Part shown: positions 1-9,895 of the stretch, piece after piece
How positions within the stretch are numbered: the stretch's first letter is position 1
Layout: the number at the start of each line of letters is the position of its first letter
Position numbers and translations under genes: made by a program
Notes under the pieces: generated by a model
The model's database searches: none
Seen by the model: only the letters and a program-made list of their open reading frames with translations
What the model was told of the DNA's origin: nothing
IMG/VR virus record: IMGVR_UViG_3300026820_000001
Span: 1-54,707 of that record
Length of the DNA: 54,707 nucleotides
Strand: one strand, 5' to 3'
Origin: a virus
Lineage: Duplodnaviria; Caudoviricetes

Positions 1-7
1 TGCCCGG
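1..7. repeat. Terminal direct repeat TGCCCGG (also at 54701..54707)
   Basis: Identical first and last 7 nt; collapsing them restores a reading frame. Confidence 0.85.
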
Positions 8-754
8 GTCACAGCAGTTGCGCGGCAGGCCACCAAGGAAATAGCGCCGATACCCGGCCACTTGCTCACTGGGTTCCATCGTCAGGATCAATTCCTGAAC
101 CGAAGTATCCGGGTCCACCTGATAGAAGCGAACCGGCCCAGCCGTCACGCCTTTCTGGATGCCCGTTAGCGAATTGAGTATGGGCGAATCCACAAATGGC
201 ATTGTGCCGTCCAGCATGACACCGAGAATATCGTCCGTGCCATCGAGGCTGATGATTGGATTGTCGCTAGTGTCGGTGCCTTGAACCAGAATGCGGGCTC
301 CGATGTCGCGATTATCGGTGATGTAGGCGCGTAGGATTCGATTCTTGTCCAGGTCAATGAAACTGGGGTAAGTGCCACGATCGTACACCTCCATCAAGTC
401 ACAAGTCCTGTTCCGGCAGCGGCCAGTGGCCGTCTTGGATTCCTGCAAGCCAATCCCAAAACTCAGGAACTCGTAAAACTCGTTCTGGACATTGACTGGG
501 CTCCGACAAATATCCACGTTGATCAACCTAGCAACCTCTCTTGGCAACGTGATGAACGGATCGTCCTTGTCCACGTTGAACACCATCCTGGCCCAAGTGC
601 CCCACCAGCCGGTATCTCCGCTCTCACGGGCCAAGAGCAATCGCTGCGTGGCGGCATTGACGAACTGCGCACAGCCAAGAGTGTCGGCTTGGCATAGCCC
701 AATCGACTGCGGCCCTCGGGAGAGTCTGAAATCAATCAGTCGATTGCGGTTCAT
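1..754 (-). CDS. 5' part of putative tail adaptor/tubular protein (continues across the circular junction into 54399..54707; about 351 aa in total)
   Basis: ATG at 754 (MNRNRLIDFRL...) stays open to position 1 (...RNCCDPG) and joins in frame to SDVTKVQ... after merging the 7-nt terminal repeat. Function inferred from its position before the ejection-type genes. Confidence 0.7.
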   Translation of the reverse strand, partial: MNRNRLIDFRLSRGPQSIGLCQADTLGCAQFVNAATQRLLLARESGDTGWWGTWARMVFNVDKDDPFITLPREVARLINVDICRSPVNVQNEFYEFLSFGIGLQESKTATGRCRNRTCDLMEVYDRGTYPSFIDLDKNRILRAYITDNRDIGARILVQGTDTSDNPIISLDGTDDILGVMLDGTMPFVDSPILNSLTGIQKGVTAGPVRFYQVDPDTSVQELILTMEPSEQVAGYRRYFLGGLPRNCCDPG

Positions 755-760
755 GGCGCG

Positions 761-1309
761 TTAGTTTGGATTGTGCTGCCCATTCGCCAACCATTTGTTG
801 AAATTATTCGGAGGACTAGCCCCGAATGTGATTCGCGGTATCACGTTGTGGCCTGACTTTTGCCAATCCAACCAGACCGTGTGCGGATTGATGTCCGGGT
901 CAGATGTCGTCGCGGTTGCGCTTTGAGTGGCGAAATGATTGGCCCAGGTGATCGTTGATGTGGTCGCACTCGAATCGTAGGAACCGGCGAAAAAGTCCTG
1001 TGGCGATTCCATGTCCACTCGCCATGTGATGCCGCCGCCACCTGGAACAAAAGAATCGAAGGATGAATAGCTTTGCGAGCCATTAAACCAAGCCTCTTGG
1101 TCTATTGTCATGGAGGCAGGAGCGCCCGTTGTGTCGCTGGCCCAGGTGATGGCATTGGTTTGGACCCCGACCGGACTGCCGCTTGAGTAGTACGTCTTCA
1201 CGACTTCCCAGCGCAGTTCTCCGTCGCCTGCGGTGATCGATTGATCTGCCGCAGCAAAACAGTTAAGTGACGGCATTAGGACTAGAAACAATAGAAGCGT
1301 GGTTCTCAT
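761..1309 (-). CDS. Secreted hypothetical protein (Sec signal peptide)
   Basis: Start chosen at MRTTLLLFLVLMPSLNCFAA (n/h/c signal pattern); Ser/Thr-rich beta-type mature part. Confidence 0.7.
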   Translation of the reverse strand: MRTTLLLFLVLMPSLNCFAAADQSITAGDGELRWEVVKTYYSSGSPVGVQTNAITWASDTTGAPASMTIDQEAWFNGSQSYSSFDSFVPGGGGITWRVDMESPQDFFAGSYDSSATTSTITWANHFATQSATATTSDPDINPHTVWLDWQKSGHNVIPRITFGASPPNNFNKWLANGQHNPN

Positions 1310-1352
1310 GGTGTTCGAGACTCTACCAATCGTGGATAAGTCGCAAGCATCG

Positions 1353-2105
1353 TTATTGCGGGATGGCCGGGTAAGCCGGTGGAGTTCCACCGCCAAAGAG
1401 TTGGACTACCTCGGCGTTGGTCAACAGCCTAGCCCAAAATCCGCTCTCATCCTGTCTCCAATCCGGGCTTATTCCTGTGTCGTTTACGCATTTCAAAACG
1501 AGGTAGCCCTTGGTTATTGCAGACAGGTCATCAGCGATAGGACTGCTCTCCTGCAATCCTCCTAGTCCAAAAACAGGGTGACCACGCTGGAATCCAAATT
1601 TCTTCGTCGTGGCATTGTATTGGATCTGAATAAAGTACCATAGAGCCGCACTGAAATTTGAAGTTGGCGAGAAAAATGTGGCGTTATTCTTCTGAACAAC
1701 CGGGAACACAGGAGGTGGTCCCAACGGGAAAATGGCCCTGAAATTTATGACCTCGACGTTCAGGATGTTAAGGAAATGGATCTCGAATACGATGCTGCTT
1801 CCGCCCCCGAAGGTTGCAAAATTTACCCATGTCGTCCAAGTGAATCCATGGGTTGGATTAATAAGCGGATTTGCGGTCGTCTCAACGCTGGCTGTTCCTA
1901 AGAGCGGCACCCCACTCATGTGCATGCAGGTGTTGATGATTCCTGCTGCACCGGCACCAACAGCACCCGAGCTAACCACAAAATTGTTGTCAGGATCCAG
2001 TTTGGCTATGAACGGAGTCGCGCCATCGTCGAAGTCCCAGTAGTCCACCAGCGACACTGCTGGACCCACATGCAGGGCGAATTCTTTTATGCAAACGGCA
2101 GGCAT
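1353..2105 (-). CDS. LamG/concanavalin A-like domain virion protein
   Basis: LVDYWDFD at the N-end, FTWTTWVN, WYFI, and C-terminal DESGFWARLLTNAEVVQLF typical of LamG-like folds. Confidence 0.7.
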   Translation of the reverse strand: MPAVCIKEFALHVGPAVSLVDYWDFDDGATPFIAKLDPDNNFVVSSGAVGAGAAGIINTCMHMSGVPLLGTASVETTANPLINPTHGFTWTTWVNFATFGGGSSIVFEIHFLNILNVEVINFRAIFPLGPPPVFPVVQKNNATFFSPTSNFSAALWYFIQIQYNATTKKFGFQRGHPVFGLGGLQESSPIADDLSAITKGYLVLKCVNDTGISPDWRQDESGFWARLLTNAEVVQLFGGGTPPAYPAIPQ

Positions 2106-2106
2106 A

Positions 2107-3075
2107 TCAACAAGAGCCAACGCTTACCTTTATTCCGATGGTGAAATCTCCAGTCTCGGTTGGTGTTCCCTCCAAGACTCCGGTTGGGAACAGGGTCATC
2201 CCGGCCGGTAAACTCCCGTAGGCAATCGTCCAAAGCTCAGTCTCCTGCACGCCCGGAGTCTCCGTCAGGTTCACCAAATAGTGGTCATCCTTCGTCGCGT
2301 CAGGCAGCGGGTCACTCGTCGTAATTCGAATGATACAGATCGAGAGTGTCTTTTGCTGGAAGGAACCAATCGCATCAGTGGCCCGCACGGTGAACGTGTA
2401 GTTGCCCGTGGCCGTTGGCGTCCCCGAGATGACTCCGGTGCATTCGTCCAGTTCCAATCCCGGTGGCAACGCGCCAACAATCACCATCCAAGTGTAATGG
2501 ACTGGCTCTCCATGGCCGCAGCCAAAGAAGCTCGGTGGCGCGTTCAGGTAGGGGAAGAACAGCGCCGTGCCGCCCACCGCCTGGATCGTCGCGCTGTAGC
2601 GACTATCCCGGCAGCCGCCCTGGCCGGTGCTCACAATGCAGATGCGATGTTGCTCGGCCCGATTCTTGGCCACACTCGCCGCGATGGCATTTGCTGTCGC
2701 TTGGTTGGCCGCTACGAATTGTCCGGCCTCTATTGTCCAACTGAAGGTCGATCCATCTGGACAACTGACGGTCTGGGTCACCCTTGAATTGTAGAAAAGC
2801 GTCAGAGGATTCGATGTGCCCGTTGGTGGCGGAAGCTCACCGATACACTCCAGGGCTGCGCGTCGTGCGCAATCGTCGGCTTCCTCCTGGCTCGTCTCCG
2901 AATAGCAATACGTCTTGCAGGCGAACGCCTGATAAGCCGTTTGCAGGTCATCGAGGATGATCAAGTTGAATATGCCGATATGGCGATCCCGGTCCGCGTC
3001 TTCGGCCGAGAGGTTCCTCACAGGATCGTCGGAACACTCACAAACAATTTTGTTATTGCAGGCGATGATCGGCAT
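2107..3075 (-). CDS. Cys-rich virion protein with two putative Ig (He_PIG-like) domains
   Basis: GALPPGLELDECTGVISGTPTATGNYTFTVRATD and GSLPAGMTLFPTGVLEGTPTETGDFTI repeats. Confidence 0.8.
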   Translation of the reverse strand: MPIIACNNKIVCECSDDPVRNLSAEDADRDRHIGIFNLIILDDLQTAYQAFACKTYCYSETSQEEADDCARRAALECIGELPPPTGTSNPLTLFYNSRVTQTVSCPDGSTFSWTIEAGQFVAANQATANAIAASVAKNRAEQHRICIVSTGQGGCRDSRYSATIQAVGGTALFFPYLNAPPSFFGCGHGEPVHYTWMVIVGALPPGLELDECTGVISGTPTATGNYTFTVRATDAIGSFQQKTLSICIIRITTSDPLPDATKDDHYLVNLTETPGVQETELWTIAYGSLPAGMTLFPTGVLEGTPTETGDFTIGIKVSVGSC

Positions 3076-3076
3076 A

Positions 3077-4897
3077 TCAACAGAGCATCCTTTCGTATGG
3101 GCCTTGTTCCCGTGGTAGAGCGTACAGAATCATGCCGCGCACTCGGCACCAACCCTTGATTGTGACGCGCACTTGGAATTGGAAGCCGATATTCGTCGGA
3201 TGATTATTCCCGCTCTCACAGCGCACCGGAGGCTTAGGCAAAACCATCGTGGCCCGAAATGATTCGCAGTAAGGTTGAATCGGATATTCGGGGCAACTCA
3301 CTGGCTCGGTATCCTCCCGGCAATCCTTGGCGCTGCATTCCTTCCACGCGTGCCAGAAGATCCAGCACGGGTTTTGGTCCACTCGGTAGTCTACCACGAA
3401 CTCCACGGTGCCGAACAGTTTATCCACCCACAGTTCCATCCCATCGAGTTGTTTTAGTGCGAAAGCATCTCCCCAGTTGTAGGCTGGGCTTTCCAGATAC
3501 CACGTTACCCGATTGCCATTGTTATCTACCTGCTGGTCGAATCGGTCTTGCGTGGTGATTTCCCATAGGTCGATGGAGCCCGTCTGTTTGCTGACGATGG
3601 TGGCAAAACCGCGCTGCAATCCGCCGAAATCCCCTTCGAACAATTGCAGTACATCCAGCGCCTCAATCATGCCTTCCCAGGCGGGCGGGTACTTTTCTTC
3701 GAGGCTCGTGATCAGATCAAAATCCAGCGGCATGAGTCCTTTGTGGGCGACTCCGACCGGAGTTTGAATTGGGAGGCAGGTTTGTAAGAGGCGATTATCG
3801 AATTCAATGCCACTGGCGAAGCGTAATAATTTCCGGTCGTTGAAGCGTAAAACCCTGTTCTCATTGCGGCTGATGGAGACGTTGCCCCATTGCTGAAAGA
3901 AGCGGGTAGCCAAAGCCAGCGAACGCACCCCGTCCATGGCTTGGTAAAAGAGGTCACCATTGACGCGCACCACTGAGCGGTCATTGATGAACCCAAAGTT
4001 AATCTGGGCCACGGTCTGGAGCGGGTTATTGTCCGGGCCTCGTCCAGTGCTGGCTCCGGCCCCAATCCAATCGGTTCTAGTAACGGGAACGTTGCAGCGA
4101 AACACGTCGCGCCGGGTTCCGATGTAAAGTCGGCCCTGGCCCAAGGCTGTATCCAGTTCGGCGGTATGGCTCAAACCCCTGATATTGCCCGATTGCGCCG
4201 GGACAATGAAGCCGTCCCCCGCTAACGATAACGGGGATTCCGTTACTTTAAGCACAGCATCCCGGTAATTGTAGGCTGCCGTCCCACTCAGGCCCTGCAC
4301 GATGTCACCGGCCGCATAGACTCGGCCGAAGGCGTACCAGAGTCGGCCCATGTAATAGTCCATCGGACCCGCTGGCGGGATTTCGTTGATGTTGGGTCCC
4401 ATCAGATTGCCCGTGATTCCGTTACTGCGCCGTAGCGTTACACCATCCCAAATCAGCGGCTTAGTCACAAAGTCTCCACCTTGAACGACGAGGAACTCCT
4501 CGGCCTGCACAAAGAACGCCTGCACCTCATCCGGTGGATTGAATTGGCCGAACTCAGCGGACAGGTCGCGCACCGAATTATCCGAATCAACGTGCACGAG
4601 GTAGAGATGCCCACCGATGGAAAGAACAAGGTAAGGATTGGCGAATGGCGGCTCGTACATGTAGCCGCCCTGAAAGACTCCTGGCCAATGGAAGCTTTGC
4701 ACTAGTGGTTTCCAGCCGGTCCGTTGGGTGATTCCCCCTCCACGGCAGGTCGCGTTAGTGAGCCAGGCCAGTTGGTTGCGTTTTAGGCCCTCCGGGTAGG
4801 AATCGCTGGCAATAGTTGGAATTTTGCCCGAGTCGATGCCCCCAGAAAAACTGAGTTGACCATCGACTATGCGAACGCTTCCGTTGCCATTTGGCAT
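3077..4897 (-). CDS. Putative tail nozzle / DNA-stabilisation protein (P22 gp10 / T7 gp12-like)
   Basis: 606 aa, N-terminal SFSGGI...WLTN...GGITQRTG, beta-rich body, C-terminal FQVRVTIKG; podovirus-like context. Confidence 0.65.
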   Translation of the reverse strand: MPNGNGSVRIVDGQLSFSGGIDSGKIPTIASDSYPEGLKRNQLAWLTNATCRGGGITQRTGWKPLVQSFHWPGVFQGGYMYEPPFANPYLVLSIGGHLYLVHVDSDNSVRDLSAEFGQFNPPDEVQAFFVQAEEFLVVQGGDFVTKPLIWDGVTLRRSNGITGNLMGPNINEIPPAGPMDYYMGRLWYAFGRVYAAGDIVQGLSGTAAYNYRDAVLKVTESPLSLAGDGFIVPAQSGNIRGLSHTAELDTALGQGRLYIGTRRDVFRCNVPVTRTDWIGAGASTGRGPDNNPLQTVAQINFGFINDRSVVRVNGDLFYQAMDGVRSLALATRFFQQWGNVSISRNENRVLRFNDRKLLRFASGIEFDNRLLQTCLPIQTPVGVAHKGLMPLDFDLITSLEEKYPPAWEGMIEALDVLQLFEGDFGGLQRGFATIVSKQTGSIDLWEITTQDRFDQQVDNNGNRVTWYLESPAYNWGDAFALKQLDGMELWVDKLFGTVEFVVDYRVDQNPCWIFWHAWKECSAKDCREDTEPVSCPEYPIQPYCESFRATMVLPKPPVRCESGNNHPTNIGFQFQVRVTIKGWCRVRGMILYALPREQGPYERMLC

Positions 4898-4919
4898 TGG
4901 TATGAGTTATCAATGCCAA
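4891..4919. promoter_or_regulatory. Inverted repeat spanning the start codons of two divergent genes
   Basis: TTGGCATTG (4891-4899) and CAATGCCAA (4911-4919) are exact reverse complements containing CAT 4895-97 and ATG 4913-15. Confidence 0.55.
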
Positions 4920-6721
4920 TAGCACTTATGGCAAGACCCAATCCCCAACGCCAAGTCCTGTTTAACACCGATTTCGAACCGCTCACACCCATGTTCTGGT
5001 GCCACATCGCCTGCATCCAGGCGGGTGGCCGGTGGAAGAAGCCCAATGGCGAATACGCGGGCATGGGCAATTTCTATCATTACAAGGAAGCCCAGAAGCT
5101 GCTTTGGCCAGAAAAGGAATGGCACAAGTGGAATGATTTGCTCTTAAAGAATTTCCTAGATCACCGAATTATCGGAGTAATAGGACCTGCATCTAGCGGC
5201 AAAACTCGGGAAGCCGCTGACTTCGCTCTCATCTCCTATTACTCCTTCAGCGATTGCTCTACGATTCTCGTATCCTCGACAGAGCGGGAGATGCTGGAAA
5301 TGCGCGTGTGGGGCGAGATGAAGAAGGCCCACAAGTTGGCTACCAGCCGCATGCATGGATTGCCCGGAATCCTAGTTGAAAGCCGCCAACGTCTCATCAC
5401 CGATGACCGATCTGTAGATAGCGAGGGCCGGGATTTTAGGAATGGAGCCTGCGGGGTAGCTTGTCGTCGTGGGGGCCAATACGTAGGCCTATCCTCATTT
5501 ATCGGCGTGAAGAATAAGCACATCCTGCTTGTAGCCGATGAAGGCGCTTTCATGCCGCGCGCCTATGTGGATGCCATCTCCAATCTGAACAAGAACAAGG
5601 GCTTTAAGTGCATTGTATTGGGAAACCCAAAGGAAACCACCGATGCATTGGGGATAGTGTGTGAGCCAGCTGCCGAGCTTGGCGGTTGGGACGGAGGTAT
5701 CGACCAAGCTCCTGGGACAAAGACTTGGCCAACCCGCTTCAAGGACGGGATTTGCGTGCAGTTAGTGGGCAGCGATTGCCCGAACATGGACGTGCCTAAG
5801 GATGCTCCTGTCCCTTATCCATTCCTCATCACCCGCGAAGCCATTGAAGCAGACGTGGCTTTCTACGGGATGGATTCGATCCAGTACTCGATGATGAACG
5901 AAGGCCGCATGCCTCGCGGCCAAGGTTTACGCCGAGTCATCACCAGGGCCATGTGCCTGAAGTTCGGAGCCATGGAAGCGCCCATCTGGAAGAGTGACGA
6001 GCGCACAAGGATCGGATTCCTGGACGCGGCCTACGGTAGCGTGGGCGGGGACAGATGCGTGTTCGGGGAGTTGCAGATTGGGAAAGACCCCAATGACCGC
6101 GAAATCTTGGCTGTGATCGACACCATGCTCGTGCCGGTCACCACGACCAGCCCGGAATTACCAGAGGATCAGATTGTCCTTTTCGTGAAAGCTCAGTGTG
6201 AGCAACGACACATTAAGCCCGAGGATGTATTCTTCGATTCTACGGGGCGGGGCAGCCTTGTCGGGGCTTTTGCGCGGCTCTGGAGCGCCCACGTTGGTAC
6301 AGTCGAGTTTGGGGGTAAACCCAGCGAACGTTACGTGTCCGACAACATCCGAGTTCTGTGTAAGGATTACTATTCGAAGTTCGTGACCGAGCTTTGGTAC
6401 TCCGTGGCTCTCACCATCCAGAGCGGCCAATTCCGGGGCATGACCGAGGATATCCTCTTGGAAGGTTCGATGCGGGAGTGGGGCTTTGTCGGAGGCAACA
6501 AGATCGAGATTGAGCCCAAGGACAAGATGAAGTTGAAAAGCGGGCGTTCCCCTGACTTGTTCGACGCGCTGGCCTGCGGGGTGGAAGGAGCCCGGCGACG
6601 TGGGTTTCACATCGCCAAATTGACCAATGTCGGCGCAACGGCCGACAATGGCTGGCGGTTAGACTTGGCCAAGCGCATGGAGCGCGTGAAAAAGCGCCAT
6701 ACGCTCAATTACGCCTCTTGA
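4913..6721 (+). CDS. terL: Terminase large subunit
   Basis: Walker A GPASSGKT, Walker B LLVADEG, coupling motif LGNP, nuclease FLDAAYGSVGGD and FDSTGRG, C-terminal EPKDKMK...GRSPDLFDAL. Start at 4913 or 4928. Confidence 0.92.
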   Translation: MPIALMARPNPQRQVLFNTDFEPLTPMFWCHIACIQAGGRWKKPNGEYAGMGNFYHYKEAQKLLWPEKEWHKWNDLLLKNFLDHRIIGVIGPASSGKTREAADFALISYYSFSDCSTILVSSTEREMLEMRVWGEMKKAHKLATSRMHGLPGILVESRQRLITDDRSVDSEGRDFRNGACGVACRRGGQYVGLSSFIGVKNKHILLVADEGAFMPRAYVDAISNLNKNKGFKCIVLGNPKETTDALGIVCEPAAELGGWDGGIDQAPGTKTWPTRFKDGICVQLVGSDCPNMDVPKDAPVPYPFLITREAIEADVAFYGMDSIQYSMMNEGRMPRGQGLRRVITRAMCLKFGAMEAPIWKSDERTRIGFLDAAYGSVGGDRCVFGELQIGKDPNDREILAVIDTMLVPVTTTSPELPEDQIVLFVKAQCEQRHIKPEDVFFDSTGRGSLVGAFARLWSAHVGTVEFGGKPSERYVSDNIRVLCKDYYSKFVTELWYSVALTIQSGQFRGMTEDILLEGSMREWGFVGGNKIEIEPKDKMKLKSGRSPDLFDALACGVEGARRRGFHIAKLTNVGATADNGWRLDLAKRMERVKKRHTLNYAS

Positions 6722-6842
6722 GGCGTTCAAGGCGTCGAAGTCTTCGGGCCTGCCGCGCAGCCTGCAACGGAGTGACCAAAGCCTTCGGGACAGCCACCTG
6801 TGGCGCTGGCTGAGGAAGTGGCCTCACCACGACCGGAGACAT
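6705..6842 (-). CDS. Possible small basic peptide
   Basis: ATG at 6842, 45 aa, Arg-rich end; fills the gap at the end of the minus-strand operon. Confidence 0.3.
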   Translation of the reverse strand: MSPVVVRPLPQPAPQVAVPKALVTPLQAARQARRLRRLERLKRRN

Positions 6843-6876
6843 GGTGAGGGTTCGCACCGTAGGTGAGCTTGTAAGC

Positions 6877-7377
6877 TTAACTGGGGATGGCCTCGTCGGC
6901 ACCTTCGGTGAAGTTTTGGAAGGCGGTGGCGTCTGGGCTTTGGACTTCATAAGTGATGTCGAGGGTGATCGGCACATCACCATCTCCGACGTGGCCGTCA
7001 ACGGTAACGCGGGCCTTCTTGGCTCCGATAGAGCCATCACCGTAAATCCAACCCGTCAACAGGGTGGCGGTGGATTCGGGCAGAATGACCGGTGCCGTTG
7101 AATCGCCTTCGAGGGTTTCGCTCTTGGCGAACGTTCCGTCCGGCTGCTTGTCGATGGCTTCGTCGGTTCCAACTGTGAAACTGCGTCGGAATCCGGGCTT
7201 GATTGGTTTGGCTAGTGTAACTTCCATATCTGGTGGTCCTTTTGGTATCCGTTCGTCATGCCCGGTTTGGAACACGATCAATCGGATTGGTTTTTTCTTT
7301 TTCTTCTCTTTCATCGGGGAACCCCCGTTGAAAATGTTTATGACAGTCTTCACGAATCTTACAAGGAGCTTTAGCAC
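6877..7377 (-). CDS. Hypothetical protein (beta-rich acidic C-terminal domain)
   Basis: 166-aa ORF following the barrel gene; start uncertain (7377, 7314 or later). Confidence 0.65.
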   Translation of the reverse strand: MLKLLVRFVKTVINIFNGGSPMKEKKKKKPIRLIVFQTGHDERIPKGPPDMEVTLAKPIKPGFRRSFTVGTDEAIDKQPDGTFAKSETLEGDSTAPVILPESTATLLTGWIYGDGSIGAKKARVTVDGHVGDGDVPITLDITYEVQSPDATAFQNFTEGADEAIPS

Positions 7378-7383
7378 TTTGGT

Positions 7384-8076
7384 TTACCATTGAAAGTGCA
7401 GTCCAGCCATCCCGCAGCCTTCGTCTCCACCATTGAAGAACGCCCGAACCCGGTAACTCATCTCGAAGGCGAAATTCTTGGACAAACGGATGTCGTATCC
7501 GGCTCCAACTCCGATGGCTTCGTCATCATGTTCCCAGGAATGAGTGTAGGAACCAAGAAGAAACCCAACAAATCGGTCATTGCCCTTGCCGCCAAGCTGA
7601 ATAAGGTCAGCTCGCGCCATAACCTCCGTCTCATCAATGCCCGTGCCTGATGTCCAGCCATGTTTTTGGACGAATGCATTGCCGCGTCTGTCGTAGGTAA
7701 GCACGTCAGGTTCATCGTAGAGCGTGTTTAATAGGTGCAGGCCCACCGCCCGGTTAATCTGGTAACCAAAGCCAATGCCCGCGCCAAAGATGGGTTTGCC
7801 GGTAAAATCCACATTCCGCCATGCGACGTACGGGCTGATGGAGAAGTCGGTCCACCAGGAAACAGGCTTCTCCTTGGGCGGGGTGGGTGGTGCATCCGGT
7901 TTGGCAGCAGTGCCCGGTTTGGGCGTGGTCATCATCCATGGCTTTGGCTGGACTTGGGCGATTTGCGCCCACTCAACCGGTGGCAGTTGATTCGGATCCT
8001 CCGCGCATTGAAGCGTGATCTGAATTAGCGTGAAAGCCATGGCGACCATGGCCGTTAGCCGCATGTTTGTTTTCAT
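7384..8076 (-). CDS. Outer-membrane beta-barrel protein (8-stranded type) with signal peptide
   Basis: N-terminal hydrophobic signal, Pro-rich linker, alternating strands (GAGIGFGYQI, GVGAGYDIRL, FAFEMSYR), terminal aromatic GLHFQW resembling a BAM signal. Confidence 0.75.
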   Translation of the reverse strand: MKTNMRLTAMVAMAFTLIQITLQCAEDPNQLPPVEWAQIAQVQPKPWMMTTPKPGTAAKPDAPPTPPKEKPVSWWTDFSISPYVAWRNVDFTGKPIFGAGIGFGYQINRAVGLHLLNTLYDEPDVLTYDRRGNAFVQKHGWTSGTGIDETEVMARADLIQLGGKGNDRFVGFLLGSYTHSWEHDDEAIGVGAGYDIRLSKNFAFEMSYRVRAFFNGGDEGCGMAGLHFQW

Positions 8077-8102
8077 AGATTGGCTTGATAGCATGGTTAG
8101 CC

Positions 8103-8471
8103 CTATTTACGCAGCAGAAACATCAGGGCGATTTGGAGCACGACAAAGAACAGGCCAATGGCCAATGTCCAGGTGCTGCCCCGGGTCTCGATTTTGGTTA
8201 TGCGCTCGTTTATGGAGGTTAGTTTTTCAGTTATGTCGCCTCTCCAGGCGTCACGCTCCTGCATCATTGGTTCGAATTGTAGTTTGCTCACAAATTGTTC
8301 CCGGTCAGAGACGACTTCACTGCGCAACTGATTGAGTTCGCCCAATCGCCGCGCCACCTCTTCCCTGGCCAACAGGATGGCTGATTCGGTGGCTGCGCTT
8401 CTTACATCGAGTTCGCGGCGGTGCGCGGAAATCAATGTTTCCAGGTATTCTCGCATTGATACGTCGCTCAT
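8103..8471 (-). CDS. Coiled-coil protein with C-terminal TM helix (holin-like candidate)
   Basis: TAATG coupling to the upstream gene; heptad-like region followed by WTLAIGLFFVVLQIALMFLLRK. Confidence 0.6.
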   Translation of the reverse strand: MSDVSMREYLETLISAHRRELDVRSAATESAILLAREEVARRLGELNQLRSEVVSDREQFVSKLQFEPMMQERDAWRGDITEKLTSINERITKIETRGSTWTLAIGLFFVVLQIALMFLLRK

Positions 8472-9895
8472 TATGGTAAGATAACCGGAGCTGCCCCTGC
8501 GCCGAACAAAAACTTTTGCCACCCAGACGGCGGTGGTCCTGATACAATGTTATCAGTAAGCGTCAACGGATGTTTCCCAAGCGGGATGTAGCCCGGCCGT
8601 GCGAAGTTGTTGCTGTAATGTTTGCCGGCGATAATCCAGAAGTCGATGCCTCGGTTTCCTACGGTTGGTGTTCCCCCATCATATGTTCCTGCGGTGTGCG
8701 TCCCATTATTCCAGACATAGATTGGGGTTTCGTTCTGGCCCGTGGTAACCCCAGGCTGATCTCGGCCAGGCCTTCCAGATATGCCGGGTCCGTCGAATGG
8801 ACGGTTAAAGGTGCTTCCAACGCACACGAGATTTACAGTACCAATCGTCTCCTGGTCGTAACCACAGAAACGAACGCCTCCCGTCGCTGAACAGACCCGG
8901 CTCGCTCCGGCGCTCAGATTTATTGACCCAAGCTCCCAAGCTGTCCCGTCGCACCTTTGCCAAGAGCTGTTATCCAGGGTCGTGGATGCCCGGTAATACA
9001 TCAAAGTAACCCCACTGACGGCGTGACTCCCCCCGTAATTATTACCAAACACAACGCCAGTTCCTCCCCGAACCGTAAGTGTGCGATAGGTAGACGCTGA
9101 ATTGTTGACGTAATTGTTGGAATAGACTTCGAAGCTGTGCGCGGACCTGCGGTTACCGCTGTCCGTGCCGTGAAATCCGGGATGCGAGTTAAGGAAATAA
9201 TTGGACCGGATCGTCAGCCGAGCGCCCCCATAGCCGTCGATGCAATCCTCGGTATTGGCAATAGCCACAGTGTAGTCAAATGTGTTGTTCTCGATAAAGG
9301 TGCAATTGGTGGAACCCAATCGGAGTGGCCTTCTCCATGGGGTAAATCCTCCGTCTGATCCGTCAATGCTGCCAAATGGGGAGATGCTCTGGATTGAGTT
9401 GGTAGTGTAGGACACTTGAAAATAGTTCCAATCAATCAGCCCATACGCATTTACGGTGACGATTCCTCGGGTATCTCTCTCTGCGATAACTAACTTACAG
9501 TGGTCAACCCGGTAGCCCACCTGATCGCCGGCCAGATTCGATGGGCCATCTATGTCAAGAAGACCAGAGGAGTGATGATTTGCCAACGCCCTGAATTCGA
9601 ATCCCGAAATTCGAACTTGACTGGCCAAAGAGCAAAATAACTGGAATGCCCCGTCTCCCGTATCAGTAATAATCGTCTGGCCAATCCCAGCCCCTAATAC
9701 CGTCAGCTTCTTGTTACTAATCGTGACCTTCGGGTTCCAACTGGATAGTCCAGCCGGCACGGTCACCGTGTCTCCAGAAACGGCCGTATTCACCGCAGCC
9801 TGGACATCTGCCCGACTCGAACTCGCTGCGGGAATGGTCGCCCCGTGGCATACAGATGCGACCAGTGCGAAGGCCAGAGCTAGGAATGTCTTCAT
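8471..9895 (-). CDS. Right-handed beta-helix (pectin-lyase-like) tailspike/depolymerase with signal peptide
   Basis: Signal MKTFLALAFALVASVCHGA; VQAAVNTAVSGDTVTVPAG cap, GAGIGQTII, IENNTF/IRSNYF/VYSNNY/VFGNNY rungs. Confidence 0.8.
   Translation of the reverse strand: MKTFLALAFALVASVCHGATIPAASSSRADVQAAVNTAVSGDTVTVPAGLSSWNPKVTISNKKLTVLGAGIGQTIITDTGDGAFQLFCSLASQVRISGFEFRALANHHSSGLLDIDGPSNLAGDQVGYRVDHCKLVIAERDTRGIVTVNAYGLIDWNYFQVSYTTNSIQSISPFGSIDGSDGGFTPWRRPLRLGSTNCTFIENNTFDYTVAIANTEDCIDGYGGARLTIRSNYFLNSHPGFHGTDSGNRRSAHSFEVYSNNYVNNSASTYRTLTVRGGTGVVFGNNYGGSHAVSGVTLMYYRASTTLDNSSWQRCDGTAWELGSINLSAGASRVCSATGGVRFCGYDQETIGTVNLVCVGSTFNRPFDGPGISGRPGRDQPGVTTGQNETPIYVWNNGTHTAGTYDGGTPTVGNRGIDFWIIAGKHYSNNFARPGYIPLGKHPLTLTDNIVSGPPPSGWQKFLFGAGAAPVILP

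Noticed and set aside
1-7. Terminal repeat as prophage att core
   Set aside because: It lies inside a structural gene and no integrase is present; an assembly overlap is more likely.
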